DNA of 59,016 bases from Myxococcota bacterium (lineage in GTDB: Bacteria > Myxococcota_A > Bradymonadia > UBA7976 > UBA1532), in contig JAYZEG010000088.1 in the NCBI GenBank assembly GCA_036337435.1, positions 1 to 59,016 of the forward strand. Reading direction: 5' to 3'. The notes under the pieces are model-generated. The model was not told the DNA's origin, searched no databases, and saw only the letters and a program-made list of their open reading frames with translations. The position numbers and the translations under genes are program-made. Shown here one piece after another: positions 57,101 through 59,016 of the stretch (within the stretch, counting starts at the first letter, position 1; every line of letters begins with the position of its first letter).

Positions 57101-59016
57101 CAGTCGGTGGTGCGCCCAACGATGGTGACTTTGTCGACTTAAAGAATGCTGCTGGCGAATCGAAGCGGATCGTTTTTGATCATGATACGGATCAAACCTC
57201 GATAACCGCATCGTCCACGACGCTTACAGTGACGCAGACACCCGTTGAACAAGACACATTCCGTTTGCAGGACCACACCGGTAACGAACGGCGGTTTGTG
57301 TTCCGAGCGCGGTCGGAGTCCGTGGATGGCTCCAACAGTGACGTTCTCGGTATTCCCCATGTCCAAATTGGGTTGTCGGGTGCAGGTGGACCTAACGGGG
57401 TCGCCTCCCGTGTTGCGACTGTCATCAATACTGTTGGTGCCTTGGATATCACGGCGACAGCAAACAACAACCAGGTTACTCTGACCCAAGGCCAGCCAAC
57501 CTATTCCGGTAATACGCCCATCACTACATCGGGTGTGAATGGAATGACGACCCCACCCTTCAACGGTGGTGTCAACGTCGGCATTGGGAGTGTCCGTGGT
57601 GACAGCAACGGGATCGCGGCACGCGTGACGGCTGCAGTAAACAACCACGTGCCTGGAATCACCGCCTCAGCCTCGTCCAATGTCGTGACCCTGCAGCAGC
57701 AATCCACTGGCTTTGCTGGTAACACGCCTATCAGTACAGATAACGTCGAGAACGTCCGCGCCAGCGATTTTAAAGACGGCCGCCCGCAAGGCTACGAAGT
57801 GGCCCCCGGCCAACGGATCAAGCTCGACCTCAGTCAAAGTCGGGATCCTGAGGGTGTCCTGGGAGCAGCACTGGATACCAACGGTGTTTACTATCGGTAC
57901 GAACTCACCCGCGGCCGAGGCTATATTTTGCCCGAGCGCGGCTATGAAACGAAAGCATCTGGTCGCAACGACAATAGCCAAGACCCAGATGACTGGTCCA
58001 ATTGGGGCTCTCGTCCGTTCATCGTGCCACGTGGTGACGGCCCTGTTGATATGACCGTCCGGGTCAGTGCTCGCGATGTCGGTGGCCGAACAGTCAACCG
58101 TGATATTGATATTTCGCTTATCAATGAAAAGCCGGTCATGAAATCCGTGACATCTGATATTTTCGCCCGAGCGCCAAGCCTGGACGAGAACCAAGCACCG
58201 CCGATCGAAAGCCGAGGAAACCGTCGTTACAGGCTGGTTGTTCAAGCGATTCCAGACAACGGAGTTGATGCAGTCGTGCGTTTCCAAGCGGTCGAAAAAT
58301 ACGGCCAGGACATCACGGTCACAGCTGACCTTGACAACGATGGAAATGCGGATGCTGATCCGATTGCTGGTCCGGGCGGTACAGCCGAAGGCGAATTCAG
58401 AACAACGTTCCGCGACATGCCACCAGAGGGTCGCACGTTCACCAGTCGAGTCGTCGTAAGCGACGGTAATGACACCGATACCAAGCTCATTCGGGTATAC
58501 GTACCGGCCATTAGTCCGCAAGCGGCAAACGACATTAGGTACTCCATTGACATCGGCAACGACGGCTCGTACGAAGTAACCGATTCGCGGCAGAATTATG
58601 CTGATTTCCGACTGCCACCCGGTAACAACAGTATCGAAGTCGCCGGTGCGGTATCCGCCAATGGTTCAACCATTCCGTTCAACCTGGGCGAGGTCGAAAT
58701 GCCAAATGCGCCACCGGCGTTTACAAACCCGCGGCTCGTGAGTCAGGACGGCTTTGACGTCGTTGTTGCCGCAAGTGCGACCGACCCAGACGGCGACCCC
58801 GTCACGATTACAGTGGATTGGGGCGATGGAAATGTCAGCCGCGGCCGCAACGTCGTCTACTCTCACAGCTATGCAAACGCTCGGTTCCAGGTCTATACCG
58901 TCCGAGTCCGCGCAACAGATGACCGCGGGTTATTCGATGAGCATGTGCTGACAGTCGATATCGTACAGCCTGCCATCAAGGAGGCCGATATCAACAGCCT
59001 AGCTTGGCGTCGCGTC
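54136..59016 (+). CDS. Giant secreted multidomain protein (probable alpha/alpha-toroid head plus PKD/Ig stalk); 3'-truncated by the window and missing from the ORF track
   Basis: GGAGG RBS, GTG start, no stop codon in 1627 codons on manual translation. Signal peptide MKKRN...ETASA/Q; DINGDGDFDD; ATDPDGDPVTITVDWGDG PKD repeat near the end. Confidence 0.9.
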   Translation, partial: MKKRNSVITLRSGNRFAVALFAFAAIFMVAETASAQLRVSSIDWVQGRPEIPHPALNNRATILMAIAEGGNCNGNYQYRWDINGDGDFDDGNEQWRGTNSGGHRSGWWAPLGLEITFPAQPGDRLFYPKVEVDCAGQRASTVVPYLVRVDRMCPNYPNDFNGGCRAEKDENIKLTRQYYYDRIVDRLMWWMFNSTNHYNDDGRRGGIHACVYWGGPGMYNVGHYLNVFLRRSHGYGPGRDVDAYYRHAVYCGLNALVGTYHMAGGAWFNDDGADGWDGWRMSYTNARLGGHWGWGSYGSTAWVEPVVNYGNADYRVPGGEGNVRGRSLRDLGGDLRDGILYCMGGSGQWFYSCRSDGHPDASTNGWAPESMRILGRKFGMNTYGWARDRQRNWLNGNCSHGSNNNHYLFGCRYHVHGPGGIGKLAGNALVGYGWTQLQDFNNDAGGARWRMREHWIAASRLDNVWHGLYFLYATTKGMRSFVPELSEMEGGRDWATEFAHYLVTHLVGDNYSNWCAGGPWGCHWCCRGSFTYYSGTALTAQMIQTWLEAQAMARANPQSTGPGIPVTFDHSWSHILDPLVTLTRFRWNVIDNGNEGNNGPGSMVWDFDTDDVSETFEYTFSANLGWSDVINKKITLEVTDSNGNTVYDDKSVSITLSLKNHKPVVVAHPDGRDGIYSGYFGQRFMLDASRSYETDQCIRDPEDPNLPGGSAEVIEPPVPSDVQIQDCDALENEMNRCLDNADPTNVNEILACVQMQYTLQDCRMLETELSGCNPLQAQIAACEALRELDPEEVEEDVVIPENCDPEVAAYQQCRVDSVNTVNATIDAANLAEFQAQQGGGPGGGEDADGNCGDREVFPGDGGKPRGIPDKITSICFDTNFNNRWCEAGEIQYLWPDGAAEPTHNDPVEFVPRAGMGEGDIIGVPVRVCDDGRWNGKCYQNGDGAPGHLTRGDCSECGYGTASLQVINNTTAPELTLSDPPAEPAKGRLTVGGAPNDGDFVDLKNAAGESKRIVFDHDTDQTSITASSTTLTVTQTPVEQDTFRLQDHTGNERRFVFRARSESVDGSNSDVLGIPHVQIGLSGAGGPNGVASRVATVINTVGALDITATANNNQVTLTQGQPTYSGNTPITTSGVNGMTTPPFNGGVNVGIGSVRGDSNGIAARVTAAVNNHVPGITASASSNVVTLQQQSTGFAGNTPISTDNVENVRASDFKDGRPQGYEVAPGQRIKLDLSQSRDPEGVLGAALDTNGVYYRYELTRGRGYILPERGYETKASGRNDNSQDPDDWSNWGSRPFIVPRGDGPVDMTVRVSARDVGGRTVNRDIDISLINEKPVMKSVTSDIFARAPSLDENQAPPIESRGNRRYRLVVQAIPDNGVDAVVRFQAVEKYGQDITVTADLDNDGNADADPIAGPGGTAEGEFRTTFRDMPPEGRTFTSRVVVSDGNDTDTKLIRVYVPAISPQAANDIRYSIDIGNDGSYEVTDSRQNYADFRLPPGNNSIEVAGAVSANGSTIPFNLGEVEMPNAPPAFTNPRLVSQDGFDVVVAASATDPDGDPVTITVDWGDGNVSRGRNVVYSHSYANARFQVYTVRVRATDDRGLFDEHVLTVDIVQPAIKEADINSLAWRRV

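Noticed and set aside
54389..58951. Many short ORFs listed on both strands in the last 5 kb
   Set aside because: They are shadows of the continuous frame starting at 54136.
1..59016. Mobile elements, reverse transcriptase/DGR, defence systems, tRNA or rRNA
   Set aside because: No transposase, integrase, RT or nuclease motifs, and no cloverleaf or rRNA signatures were seen.

Overview
A ~55% GC bacterial chromosomal segment. It is most likely from a Myxococcota/Bradymonadia-type deltaproteobacterium, inferred from a MYXO-CTERM tail, Myxococcus cysteine-rich repeats and several sigma54 promoters. I found no rRNA, tRNA, CRISPR array or mobile element. The window is dominated by cell-surface genes: a complete single-operon Tad/Flp pilus locus (19470-30164), an SGNH+MBOAT O-acetylation pair, a membrane sulfatase-like transferase, several Cys-rich lipoproteins, a 1760-aa Cys-repeat/LamG/Kelch protein, and two divergent giant PKD-repeat proteins. 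One of the latter (54136 to beyond the window end, at least 1627 codons) is absent from the ORF track. Metabolic genes include a fused 2-oxoacid dehydrogenase E1, an IDH/IPMDH-family enzyme, peptidases, kynA, a crotonase, hydrolases and a GMC oxidoreductase. Best candidates for something undescribed: (1) a translationally coupled GT2 / nucleosidase-like / spore-photoproduct-lyase-like radical SAM / SDR operon whose radical SAM enzyme differs at canonical SPL catalytic positions; (2) the unlisted giant surface protein, with a probable alpha/alpha-toroid head, a CX9C insert and a domain nested inside a copy of itself, oriented back-to-back with a headless paralogous stalk; (3) an 82-bp non-coding tandem repeat that can pair with the RBS of the giant Cys-repeat gene. 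All assignments come from reading motifs by eye; no database search was run.
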